Virus record (IMG/VR): IMGVR_UViG_3300021085_000019
Span: 19,653 to 83,652 of that record
DNA from: a virus
DNA length: 64,000 nucleotides
Reading direction: 5' to 3' (one strand)
Shown: positions 50,167-58,486 of the stretch, in pieces
Layout of the letters: every line of letters begins with the position of its first letter
Position numbering within the stretch: position 1 is the first letter of the stretch
The notes under the pieces: model-generated
Database searches by the model: none
What the model was told of the DNA's origin: nothing
The model's input: only the letters and a program-made list of their open reading frames with translations
Position numbers and translations under genes: made by a program

Positions 50167-51300
50167 ATGAAAGATATGAAAATCTCAACACAAAATATTT
50201 TAAAAGAACTGGCTAAGAATTATCCAGATCAAACTTCGTTCAGAAAGAACGTAATTGAAACCACGGCGAAATCCATGGGTTATACAGGAAAAGACTTTTA
50301 TCCTATGCTTACTGCAGAAAATAGAGTCAAGATCGGTACTTATGACTTAAGTGCTTTACTACAAACCGTAGAGGTAGATAATAACGTGATTGACATCGCT
50401 CCTGCAGCTAAGATGCAGTCTATTGTAAATGAAGAAAAAACCTTTGCGAAAGCGGATCCTACGTTTGTTCCTTGGGGAGCATTCCATGATCTAGTAAAAA
50501 TGATTAAATCAGAAATGTTCTATCCTGTTTACGTTTCAGGACTATCTGGTAACGGTAAAACGTTTATGGTAGAACAAGCGTGTTCAAAACTTAATAGGGA
50601 GTTCATACGTGTTCAAATTAATCCGGAAACAGATGAAGACGATTTGCTTGGAGGTTTCAGACTTATCAATGGAGAAACTGTCTTCTCTAAAGGTCCTGTT
50701 CTTAAAGCGATGGAAAACGGTGCAATCTTATTGCTCGACGAAATTGATAGAGCTACAAATAAAATTATGTGTCTACAAGGCATACTTGAAGGTAAACCTG
50801 TTCTTGTTAAAAAGACGGGTGAGACAATCTCTCCTGCGCCTGGCTTCAATGTTATAGCGACTGCTAATACAAAAGGTAAAGGTTCAGAAGACGGTAGGTT
50901 TACTGCTGCTTCGATCATTGATGAAGCTTTCTTAGAAAGGTTTACAGTTGCGATCGATCAGAAGTTTCCATCTCCTTCAATCGAAACTAAAATTCTTAAC
51001 AATCACATGTCTAAGTTCGGAACTGAAGATGCCGACTTTGTAGAAAAGCTAATTACTTGGGCTGACATTATCAGAAAGACTTTCTATGATGATGGTGTTG
51101 ACGAAGTTATTTCAACTAGAAGGCTTTGTCATATTGCTCAAACATTCTCTATCTTTAAGAATAGAGCAAAGGCGATCGATCTATGTATCGCTAGGTTTGA
51201 CGAAGACACTAAGTCAGCTTTCTTAGATCTCTACAGCAAAGTTGATGCTGGAGTCGAAACCTTAGATACAACAGAGGATAACTATGGCGAAACAGCATAA
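50167..51300 (+). CDS. CobS/MoxR-like AAA+ ATPase
   Basis: GLSGNGKT; LLLDEID; TANTKGKG; AFLERF. Start moved to ATG 50167, after TAAGGA. Confidence 0.88.
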   Translation: MKDMKISTQNILKELAKNYPDQTSFRKNVIETTAKSMGYTGKDFYPMLTAENRVKIGTYDLSALLQTVEVDNNVIDIAPAAKMQSIVNEEKTFAKADPTFVPWGAFHDLVKMIKSEMFYPVYVSGLSGNGKTFMVEQACSKLNREFIRVQINPETDEDDLLGGFRLINGETVFSKGPVLKAMENGAILLLDEIDRATNKIMCLQGILEGKPVLVKKTGETISPAPGFNVIATANTKGKGSEDGRFTAASIIDEAFLERFTVAIDQKFPSPSIETKILNNHMSKFGTEDADFVEKLITWADIIRKTFYDDGVDEVISTRRLCHIAQTFSIFKNRAKAIDLCIARFDEDTKSAFLDLYSKVDAGVETLDTTEDNYGETA

Positions 51301-51577
51301 ACCCGATTATAAATTTAACGAAGGAGCTCTCATCGCAGAGCTCCACGCTTATATAGATTCTACTTACGGAGCACATTACGGTCAAGGAGGACTTCAATCA
51401 TCTGAAGTAATAGTTGATAGAGGACATGGACTTGGATTTTTTCTAGGAAATGTCGACAAATATAATGCTCGGTATGGTAAGAAGGGAACTCCAGAAGATC
51501 ACAGAAAAGATCTTATGAAGGTCTTACACTACGGATTGCTTGCGCTCTATGAGCATGATCGATTAAATAAAAAATAA
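51284..51577 (+). CDS. DUF3310-like hypothetical protein
   Basis: HY; GFFLGNVDKY..RYGKK; DLMKVLHY. Confidence 0.7.
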   Translation: MAKQHKPDYKFNEGALIAELHAYIDSTYGAHYGQGGLQSSEVIVDRGHGLGFFLGNVDKYNARYGKKGTPEDHRKDLMKVLHYGLLALYEHDRLNKK

Positions 51578-51580
51578 CTA

Positions 51581-51609
51581 TGTACAAACACGTTAAAATG
51601 TGGTATAAT
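51581..51609 (+). promoter_or_regulatory. Early promoter of g45
   Basis: TGTACA-N17-TATAAT with TGTGG extension. Confidence 0.8.
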
Positions 51610-51637
51610 AGAGGTAATAAATTAAAAAAGGTAAATT

Positions 51638-52303
51638 ATGAAAATATCAAGTGAAACAATTAGTATCCTAAAAAACTTTTCGGGTATTAATGCAAATCTA
51701 GTCTTTAAACCTGGAAAGGAACTAAAGACTATTTCGGAAGCAAAAACTATTATGGCAACCGCATCAATCCTAGAGGACTTTCCTGTAGAATTTGGTGTGT
51801 ATGATCTTAACGAGTTTTTGTCGTTGTATAATCTTATGGAAGATCCTACATTAGAATTTAGTGATAAGTATCTCACTATCTCAGATGGATCACAAAAGAT
51901 TAAATATTATTATTCTGAAGTCGATATCCTTACACAACCAAGTAAAGATATCAACATGCCAGAGTGTGAAGTTGTGTTAGATTTATCAATGGAAAACCTC
52001 CAGAAGATTCAAAAAGCAGCCGCTGTACTCGGACATTCAGAACTGAGTTTTATTGGTGATGGTAATAGCGTTGTCGCATCTGTATTTAATGAGAAAGATT
52101 CTACTGCAAATACATTTGATATCGACCTAGGTATTGGCACCAGTGAGACTTTTAATTATGTCTTTAGTATTTCTAATTTAAAAATGCTACAAGGCGATTA
52201 TAAAGTATCGATTTCATCTAGGCTCATTTCTAATTGGAGAAATGCTGATAATCCTTTAGATTATTTTATCGCTTTAGAGAAATCATCAAGTTTCGGTGTA
52301 TAA
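51638..52303 (+). CDS. g45: Sliding clamp gp45
   Basis: LKNFSGIN; FGVYDLNEFL; YFIALE. Confidence 0.95.
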   Translation: MKISSETISILKNFSGINANLVFKPGKELKTISEAKTIMATASILEDFPVEFGVYDLNEFLSLYNLMEDPTLEFSDKYLTISDGSQKIKYYYSEVDILTQPSKDINMPECEVVLDLSMENLQKIQKAAAVLGHSELSFIGDGNSVVASVFNEKDSTANTFDIDLGIGTSETFNYVFSISNLKMLQGDYKVSISSRLISNWRNADNPLDYFIALEKSSSFGV

Positions 52304-52306
52304 ATA
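52299..52306 (+). promoter_or_regulatory. T4-type late promoter
   Basis: TATAAATA overlapping the g45 stop. Confidence 0.75.
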
Positions 52307-52349
52307 AATATGCACAGAAAAAATTCTCATAATATTATGAGGATAATAC

Positions 52350-52378
52350 GAGAAGATGCCGAATTGGTCGGGTCTCTC
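52350..52378 (+). promoter_or_regulatory. Conserved leader RNA hairpin, copy 1
   Basis: GAGA-A-GATGCCGAATTGGTCGGGTC-TCTC; 20-nt core identical to 54844-54863. Confidence 0.7.
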
Positions 52379-52409
52379 ATAATTAGTCTACTTTGCAAAG
52401 GAGAAGAAA

Positions 52410-52685
52410 ATGACTGAAGAAGTAAACGCACCTGAAGGTGTACAAGAGGAGCAACAAGCTCCACAACTGTCTCTACAAGACATTGCAACTTTCGTACAGA
52501 TTATCGATATCTGTTCTAAAAGGGGTGGTTTTGAAGGTCAGGAAATGGAAGCTGTTGGCGGACTCAGAAACAGAACTGTTGCATTTCTAAATGCGGCATC
52601 TGCTGAGCAGGGCAAAGAAGCTCCAGAAGGCATGGTCCCAGCTGGCGACGATTTGCCTGAAACAGTTGAAGCTGAAGAAGCTTAA
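52410..52685 (+). CDS. Conserved viral hypothetical protein (91 aa)
   Basis: AAGGAG SD; IIDICSKRGGFEGQEM..VG core. Confidence 0.8.
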   Translation: MTEEVNAPEGVQEEQQAPQLSLQDIATFVQIIDICSKRGGFEGQEMEAVGGLRNRTVAFLNAASAEQGKEAPEGMVPAGDDLPETVEAEEA

Positions 52686-52700
52686 TTGTACTAGCTTAAT

Positions 52701-52719
52701 GTGGGGGTAGCTCCCCCAC
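52701..52719 (+). terminator. GC-rich hairpin (terminator or processing site)
   Basis: GTGGGGG-TAGCT-CCCCCAC; U-tract not immediately adjacent. Confidence 0.5.
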
Positions 52720-52751
52720 GCACTACTAATTTTTATTATGAAGGATATATT

Positions 52752-53009
52752 ATGGATCGCAATGAAGTTTCGCGTCTTATTGACGCACTTAAAAAAGGTA
52801 CTGTAACGGTCACCTTTCAGAAAATTGACTCTGACGAAATACGAGTCATGCCCTGCACTCTCAACCCTACTGTACTACAAGCGCACGGAATGAAATCCGT
52901 GATTGAAAGCGTTAGTCCTGAAACCGAGCACATTGCTGCATGGTCTCTAGACAAAGAAGCGTGGAGATCATTTCGCGTTAACACAGTTATTGGTTGGGAG
53001 GTATTATAA
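52752..53009 (+). CDS. SH3/WYL-like beta-barrel protein (DUF2693-like)
   Basis: V.FQK.D...R.M.CTL; WSLDKEAWRSFR. Start at ATG 52752 after GAAGGA. Confidence 0.7.
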   Translation: MDRNEVSRLIDALKKGTVTVTFQKIDSDEIRVMPCTLNPTVLQAHGMKSVIESVSPETEHIAAWSLDKEAWRSFRVNTVIGWEVL

Positions 53010-53944
53010 TGTCAGAATTTCTTTGGGTTGAAAAATATCGTCCACAAAAAATTCAAGACTGCATTTTACCAAAATCAATCAAGAAAACTTTTGAAGATAT
53101 TGTTAAAGGAGGTGACCTACACAATATGCTTCTTACCGGAACAGCCGGCCTGGGTAAAACAACAGTCGCGAAAGCTTTATGTAACGAACTTGAACTAGAT
53201 TATCTTCTGATCAATGGATCCGAAGAATCTGGCATTGATACTCTGCGCAACAAGATCAAACAATTTGCATCTACAGTTTCACTTCAAGGTGGCTACAAAG
53301 TAGTTATTTTGGATGAAGCAGATTATCTTAACGCTCAATCAACGCAACCTGCATTACGTGGTTTTATTGAAGAGTTCTCAAATAACTGTCGATTTATATT
53401 GACATGTAATTTCAAGAACAGAATCATTGAACCCTTGCATTCACGTTGTACTACCATTGAGTTTAACGTTTCTAAGAAAGATTCAGTTCCACTTTGTGGA
53501 CAATTTCTCAAACGTTGTACATCAATCCTAACGGACGAAGGTATATCATTTGATGAAAAGGTAGTTGCTGAACTTATTATGAAACACATGCCTGATTGGC
53601 GTAAAGTTCTAAATGAACTTCAACGTTACAGTAGTAGCGGTACTATTGATACAGGCATTTTAGTATCTTTATCGGAAGTCTCTCTTAATGATCTTATGAT
53701 TCACTTAAAAGAGAAAAACTTTAAAGGTATGCGTCAGTGGGTAAGTAATAATATTGATTCTGAACCTGCAGCAATTTATCGTAAAATTTATGATAATATG
53801 AATGACTATATTGATCCTCAGAGTATACCACAATTGGTACTTATTCTAGCGGATTATCAATACAAGAATTCTTTTGTTGCAGATCACGAATTAAATACTG
53901 TTGCTTGTCTTACTGAGGTAATGGCGGGGGTTCGTTTCAAATGA
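53009..53944 (+). CDS. g44: Clamp loader large subunit gp44
   Basis: LWVEKYRP; GTAGLGKT; ILDEAD; SRC. Start at ATG 53009 after GGAGG. Confidence 0.95.
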   Translation: MSEFLWVEKYRPQKIQDCILPKSIKKTFEDIVKGGDLHNMLLTGTAGLGKTTVAKALCNELELDYLLINGSEESGIDTLRNKIKQFASTVSLQGGYKVVILDEADYLNAQSTQPALRGFIEEFSNNCRFILTCNFKNRIIEPLHSRCTTIEFNVSKKDSVPLCGQFLKRCTSILTDEGISFDEKVVAELIMKHMPDWRKVLNELQRYSSSGTIDTGILVSLSEVSLNDLMIHLKEKNFKGMRQWVSNNIDSEPAAIYRKIYDNMNDYIDPQSIPQLVLILADYQYKNSFVADHELNTVACLTEVMAGVRFK

Positions 53945-54321
53945 ACCCCTTCGATTATCTAAACGCAATTAATGTAACAAAAAAGGATATAATGGTTGAT
54001 GATGTTTCTGAAAAAGCATATGCTCCATTTATGGTAAATCGTGGACTTTCTTATTTTCCTGACACTGTTCTTTTCGCTAATGAGATGAATGTAAATCATC
54101 ATATTGATCATCGTCTTCAATTTGATTTTTTTATAAATATAATTAACAAGAAGAAAAGATTTTCTAAATGGGCCAAACCCATTGACATAGAAAATTTAGA
54201 ATTAATAAAAGAATATTATGGATATAGTAATGAAAAAGCTAAATCTGTATTGTCATTATTAACTAATGATGAAATTAACGAATTGAAATTAAGGATTTAT
54301 AAAGGTGGAAAACGAAAATAA
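53941..54321 (+). CDS. g62: Clamp loader small subunit gp62
   Basis: Y.PFMVNRGLS; KKKRFSKW; YYGYSNEKA. Confidence 0.92.
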   Translation: MNPFDYLNAINVTKKDIMVDDVSEKAYAPFMVNRGLSYFPDTVLFANEMNVNHHIDHRLQFDFFINIINKKKRFSKWAKPIDIENLELIKEYYGYSNEKAKSVLSLLTNDEINELKLRIYKGGKRK

Positions 54322-54739
54322 TATTGAAGTCCAGTGGACTCCTGCTTCTATGTTGGAGATCACGCTTAACGAACCAGACGATTTTCTAAAAATCAGAGAA
54401 ACATTAACACGTATTGGTGTAGCGTCTAGAAAAGATCAAAAGCTATATCAATCATGTCATATACTGCATAAACAGGGAAGGTACTTTATTGTACACTTTA
54501 AAGAGTTATTCCTACTAGATGGGAAACCTTCAAACCTATTACTAAACGACATTCAACGTAGAAATACAATTGCTACGTTATTGGCAGACTGGGGGCTTAT
54601 TACTTTTGTTAGCTCTGAACAAGCTAAAGATATTGCACCGTTAAGGCAGATTAAAGTTATTCCATATAAGGAAAAAACACAATGGCAACTATGTCCTAAA
54701 TATAATATAGGAAATAGTAACAATGGAGAAAAAACTTAA
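54305..54739 (+). CDS. regA: Translational repressor RegA
   Basis: DDFLKIRETLTRIG; LYQSCHILHKQGRYFIVHFKELF. Confidence 0.96.
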   Translation: MENENNIEVQWTPASMLEITLNEPDDFLKIRETLTRIGVASRKDQKLYQSCHILHKQGRYFIVHFKELFLLDGKPSNLLLNDIQRRNTIATLLADWGLITFVSSEQAKDIAPLRQIKVIPYKEKTQWQLCPKYNIGNSNNGEKT

Positions 54740-54812
54740 AAAATATTGGAAACAATTTCATAAATTTATGAAGTGCGGCAGAATTAATAAAGTCGTTAAA
54801 AAATGTTTCTAA
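54723..54812 (+). CDS. Putative 29-aa cationic peptide (not in the ORF track)
   Basis: MEKKLKKYWKQFHKFMKCGRINKVVKKCF; overlaps the regA end; weak AGGA SD. Confidence 0.45.
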   Translation: MEKKLKKYWKQFHKFMKCGRINKVVKKCF

Positions 54813-54829
54813 AGTAACAGTGAAAGCTG

Positions 54830-54868
54830 TATAAATAAATGTGGATGCCGAATTGGTCGGGTCCACAT
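54830..54868 (+). promoter_or_regulatory. Late promoter plus conserved leader RNA hairpin, copy 2
   Basis: TATAAATA at 54830-54837, then ATGTG-GATGCCGAATTGGTCGGGTC-CACAT. Confidence 0.75.
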
Positions 54869-54900
54869 ATTAACCTTGCTATATATAGGAGGAAACTAAA

Positions 54901-55353
54901 ATGGTAAGAAGTACTATGAACGTACCACGTTCACTTTTCATTGGATTTGATCCAATATTAAACGAGCTTGAAAGAATTCACTCAGCTGGAAGATCTCAAG
55001 ATAACTATCCCCCACACAACGTTGTGAAGATCGATAATGATAACTTCAATATCGAACTCGCTGTTGCAGGATTTTCGGAAGAAGACATTTCTGTAGAAGT
55101 AAAGGATGGTATTCTATTAGTTAAAGGTCAACAAAGTGATGATGATCGTGAATACGCACACAAAGGTATCTCGTCCCGCAAATTTGAGAAGTCCTTCCGA
55201 CTCTCAGAATTTGTCGTAATAGATGGGGCCGATCTCGTGAACGGCATACTTGTGGTGAATGCCAGAGTTGAAGTTCCAGAAGAGAGGCGTCCTAGGAAGA
55301 TCGAAATCGGGTCTGCTGGGGCATCAAAGAAGAAGGAATTTATCCAAGATTAA
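54901..55353 (+). CDS. hsp20: Small heat-shock protein (IbpA-like)
   Basis: NYPPHN; IELAVAGF; HKGISSRKF; NGILVV; PEERRPRKIEI. Confidence 0.95.
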   Translation: MVRSTMNVPRSLFIGFDPILNELERIHSAGRSQDNYPPHNVVKIDNDNFNIELAVAGFSEEDISVEVKDGILLVKGQQSDDDREYAHKGISSRKFEKSFRLSEFVVIDGADLVNGILVVNARVEVPEERRPRKIEIGSAGASKKKEFIQD

Positions 55354-55411
55354 TTCCGGTGAGCAGCGAATACCCAGTGGATTGTAATAATCAATTTACT
55401 GGAGTCTAACT

Positions 55412-55531
55412 ATGGGTTACATACGTAAACACAAGGAAGGCATTAGATCTGGATTCGAATTAATGTTTATTATGGCTGGAATACTTTCTGTATCTCCACT
55501 GATAATTTACTTTCAAATGAATTCATTCTAA
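55412..55531 (+). CDS. Putative 39-aa single-pass membrane peptide (not in the ORF track)
   Basis: GGAG SD; MGYIRKHKEGIRSGFELMFIMAGILSVSPLIIYFQMNSF; followed by a terminator-like hairpin. Confidence 0.6.
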   Translation: MGYIRKHKEGIRSGFELMFIMAGILSVSPLIIYFQMNSF

Positions 55532-55544
55532 AGTCGACCTATCC

Positions 55545-55574
55545 GAGGGAGGGTAAAATCTCCCTCAACTTTTT
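55545..55574 (+). terminator. Probable rho-independent terminator
   Basis: GAGGGAG-N8-CTCCCTC, then AACTTTTT. Confidence 0.65.
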
Positions 55575-55575
55575 A

Positions 55576-55604
55576 TGTACAATGTGTTTAAATTATGATA
55601 TAAT
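55576..55604 (+). promoter_or_regulatory. Early promoter of g43
   Basis: TGTACA-N17-TATAAT with TG extension. Confidence 0.75.
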
Positions 55605-55634
55605 ATGTACATATAAATTTGATATGGCTATACT

Positions 55635-58151
55635 ATGAACATAAAATTCTATACAAACGTTTCTCGATACGGCAACTCGCTAATGTATCGTGGTTATAAA
55701 AACGGCAAAAAGATTCAAACAAAAATTAAATATCAACCTACTTATTTTGTAAGTACGGCCAAACCGTCTGCGTGGAAATCACTAGATGGTAATAACGTAT
55801 CACCAATTAAATTCGAATCTATGCGTGATGCAAAAGAATGGCTAAAGGTGAACGAGCATGTTGTTGGTAGACATATCTACGGAAACAACAAACACATTCC
55901 AGCTTTTATCAATGATGAATTTCCAGGTGAAATTAAATTTGATAGAAATCTAATTAACGTAACAACGATCGATATCGAGGTTCAATCCGACGCAGGATTT
56001 CCTGAACCAGAACACGCAGCGCATGAAGTTACTGCTATCTGTATGAAAAACAATATTGATAATACATTCTACGTATGGGGTTTAAAAGACTATGATGTAG
56101 AATCTTCGATCATGCAAGAAAACAGAGTTGTCTATAAGAAGTGCGCAACAGAATCTGAACTACTACTTGAATTTATTGCGCATTGGTCTTTACCTTCACA
56201 TTGTCCAGATGTTATTACGGGTTGGAACTCTCGATTCTTTGATATGCCATATCTGATTAATCGTATCATTAAAATACATGGCGAAGATATAGTTCGTAGA
56301 ATATCTCCATGGGGATTACTAGATCGACGTGATGTAACAACAATGCAACGTAAACAAATTGCATATGATATTCAAGGCATTGCTCAAATGGATTACCTTG
56401 ATTTATTTCGTAAGTTTGGCTATTCCTATGGTCCACAAGAATCTTATAAACTTGATCATATTGCTTCAGTTGTACTTGGTGAGAAAAAGCTAAGCTATGA
56501 AGAACACGGTAACTTGCATACGCTTTATAAGCATGATCATCAAAAGTTTATCGACTATAATATTAAAGACGTAGATCTTGTTGATCGCTTCGAGGATAAG
56601 ATGGGACTTATTACTCTAGCACTTACTATGGCGTATCGTGGTGGTGTAAACTACAGCGATGTTATGGGTACTACTGCAATATGGGATGCTATCATATTCC
56701 GAAATCTATATTCTAATAATGTAATTATTCCGTTTGGAGAAGAAAAGTTTAAAACCCCATATCCTGGTGGTTATGTGAAAGATCCACATGTTGGAATGCA
56801 CGAATGGGTTGTTTCTTTTGATCTTAATTCCCTGTATCCGTCTATTATTATGCAGTACAATATGTCACCAGAAACAATTATATCTGGTAAAGTTGCTAAC
56901 GTAAATGTAGACAATCTACTTACTGGAGAACTTAAACCGCGGCTCGAACAAGGCGAATGCGCTTCGGCTTCAGGTCAATACTTTAAAACAGATGAACAAG
57001 GTATCTTACCTAAAATCATTGACGAAATGTATAGTGAGCGTGTTGTCATTAAAAAGCAAATGATTAATTCGCAACGAGAGCTTGAAAGGATAGACAAAAA
57101 TGATAAACAAGAATTATACCGAGTACAGCGTGATATCGCTATAGCAGAAAATCAACAAATGTCTATTAAGATCCTTCTTAATTCTCTTTATGGTGCTTTG
57201 GGCAACAAGTACTTTAGATTCTTCGATCAGCGAATCGCAGAAGGAATTACGCTTACTGGACAGCTTACAATACGATGGGCTGAAAAAGCAATTAATAATT
57301 ACCTCAACTCAGTGCTTAAAACAAAGAAAGACTACGTCCTTGCTATTGATACCGACTCGGTGTATGTATGCTTAGACGATCTTGTATCTGCAGTAAATCC
57401 TAAAAACCCATTAGAATTTGTCGATACAGTTTGCAAAGAAAAGCTTGAAGACGTCCTAGAAAAATCTTATGGTGAATTGTTTGACATTATGGGTGGTATC
57501 GAAAATCGTATGGTAATGAAACGTGAAGCTATTGCTGACCGTGGTATATGGACTGCCAAAAAGCGGTATATCCTAAACGTGCTTGACAATGAAGGAGTAC
57601 GTTATGCCGAACCTAAACTTAAGATTATGGGTATCGAAGCTATTAAGTCTTCTACTCCGGCTCCTTGTCGAGAAGCTCTAAAAGAAATATTTAAAACAAT
57701 TATCGGTGGTACTGAACGTGATGTTCAAGGTAATATTGAATCATTCAGAACATATTTTAAAACATTATCACCAGATCAGATTGCATTCCCTCGAGGTATT
57801 ACAAATCTGACACAATTCAGAGATAAGCAAACTGTATACAAAAAAGGTACTCCGATTCATGCACGTGGCGGAATACTGTATAACAAAATGCTTAAAGATC
57901 TTTCATTAGATAAACAATACAACAAAATTCAGAATGGCGAGAAAATTAAATTCATATATCTCAGAACGCCAAATCATATCAAAGAGAATGTCATATCATT
58001 CCTTGACTATTTGCCGGAAGAGTTTGGATTGCATCGTTATATTGATTATGATACTCAGTTCAATAAAACCTTCCTTGATGTTATTGATCCGATACTATCA
58101 GCAGTTGGATGGAATTCAAAAGAAGTTGCAACACTCGACGAATTCTTTTAA
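55635..58151 (+). CDS. g43: Family B DNA polymerase gp43
   Basis: Exonuclease DIEV, GWNSRFFD, YNIKD; polymerase SFDLNSLYPS, KILLNSLYG, DTDS; C-terminal clamp-binding LDEFF. Confidence 0.97.
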   Translation: MNIKFYTNVSRYGNSLMYRGYKNGKKIQTKIKYQPTYFVSTAKPSAWKSLDGNNVSPIKFESMRDAKEWLKVNEHVVGRHIYGNNKHIPAFINDEFPGEIKFDRNLINVTTIDIEVQSDAGFPEPEHAAHEVTAICMKNNIDNTFYVWGLKDYDVESSIMQENRVVYKKCATESELLLEFIAHWSLPSHCPDVITGWNSRFFDMPYLINRIIKIHGEDIVRRISPWGLLDRRDVTTMQRKQIAYDIQGIAQMDYLDLFRKFGYSYGPQESYKLDHIASVVLGEKKLSYEEHGNLHTLYKHDHQKFIDYNIKDVDLVDRFEDKMGLITLALTMAYRGGVNYSDVMGTTAIWDAIIFRNLYSNNVIIPFGEEKFKTPYPGGYVKDPHVGMHEWVVSFDLNSLYPSIIMQYNMSPETIISGKVANVNVDNLLTGELKPRLEQGECASASGQYFKTDEQGILPKIIDEMYSERVVIKKQMINSQRELERIDKNDKQELYRVQRDIAIAENQQMSIKILLNSLYGALGNKYFRFFDQRIAEGITLTGQLTIRWAEKAINNYLNSVLKTKKDYVLAIDTDSVYVCLDDLVSAVNPKNPLEFVDTVCKEKLEDVLEKSYGELFDIMGGIENRMVMKREAIADRGIWTAKKRYILNVLDNEGVRYAEPKLKIMGIEAIKSSTPAPCREALKEIFKTIIGGTERDVQGNIESFRTYFKTLSPDQIAFPRGITNLTQFRDKQTVYKKGTPIHARGGILYNKMLKDLSLDKQYNKIQNGEKIKFIYLRTPNHIKENVISFLDYLPEEFGLHRYIDYDTQFNKTFLDVIDPILSAVGWNSKEVATLDEFF

Positions 58152-58159
58152 AAAAAGTA

Positions 58160-58188
58160 TGTACATTACATCTAAACTATGGTATAAT
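58160..58188 (+). promoter_or_regulatory. Early promoter
   Basis: A-tract, TGTACA-N17-TATAAT with TGG extension. Confidence 0.8.
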
Positions 58189-58210
58189 ATACCACATATA
58201 GGAGAAATAA

Positions 58211-58486
58211 ATGAAAATAGTTAGACTAACAACAGGTGACGAAGTTATCTGTAATGTTGAAGAAACCGAAAACACTATTGCTATGACAGATGCGTTTTCT
58301 ATGATAGCTACCGAGCCAGGAAAAATCGGATTTATTCCGTTTATGGCTTATGCTAAAAATGAAGAATTTATTGTTGATAAGCAATTTGTAGTTATGATTT
58401 TAGATCCGGTCGAAGAAATCGTAGATCAAATTAGATCTATGACGAGCGGAATCGTTACACCACCAAAACAGGGAATTATAGTATGA
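58211..58486 (+). CDS. Hypothetical protein (Sm-like fold)
   Basis: IVRLTTGDEVIC; GIVTP tail; AGGAG SD. Confidence 0.75.
   Translation: MKIVRLTTGDEVICNVEETENTIAMTDAFSMIATEPGKIGFIPFMAYAKNEEFIVDKQFVVMILDPVEEIVDQIRSMTSGIVTPPKQGIIV

Noticed and set aside
50167-51300. Cobalamin biosynthesis auxiliary gene
   Set aside because: There is no CobN or other cobalamin gene in the window; a generic MoxR-VWA chaperone is more parsimonious.
52701-52751. GTG-start extension of the ORF ending at 53009 (also track starts 50149, 52994 and 63197)
   Set aside because: The 52701 extension runs through a GC hairpin. Better-placed ATGs exist at 52752, 50167, 53009 and 63293/63302.
54817-54830. ACAG-TGAAAG-CTGT mini-hairpin sharing ACAGTGAAA with the 11757 hairpin
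   Set aside because: The shared bases occupy different structural positions, and the site lies upstream of the late start; likely chance.
32528-58151. Introns, inteins or homing endonucleases in g17, g20, g23, g46 or g43
   Set aside because: All are uninterrupted and of normal or short length; no LAGLIDADG, GIY-YIG or HNH motifs were noticed.
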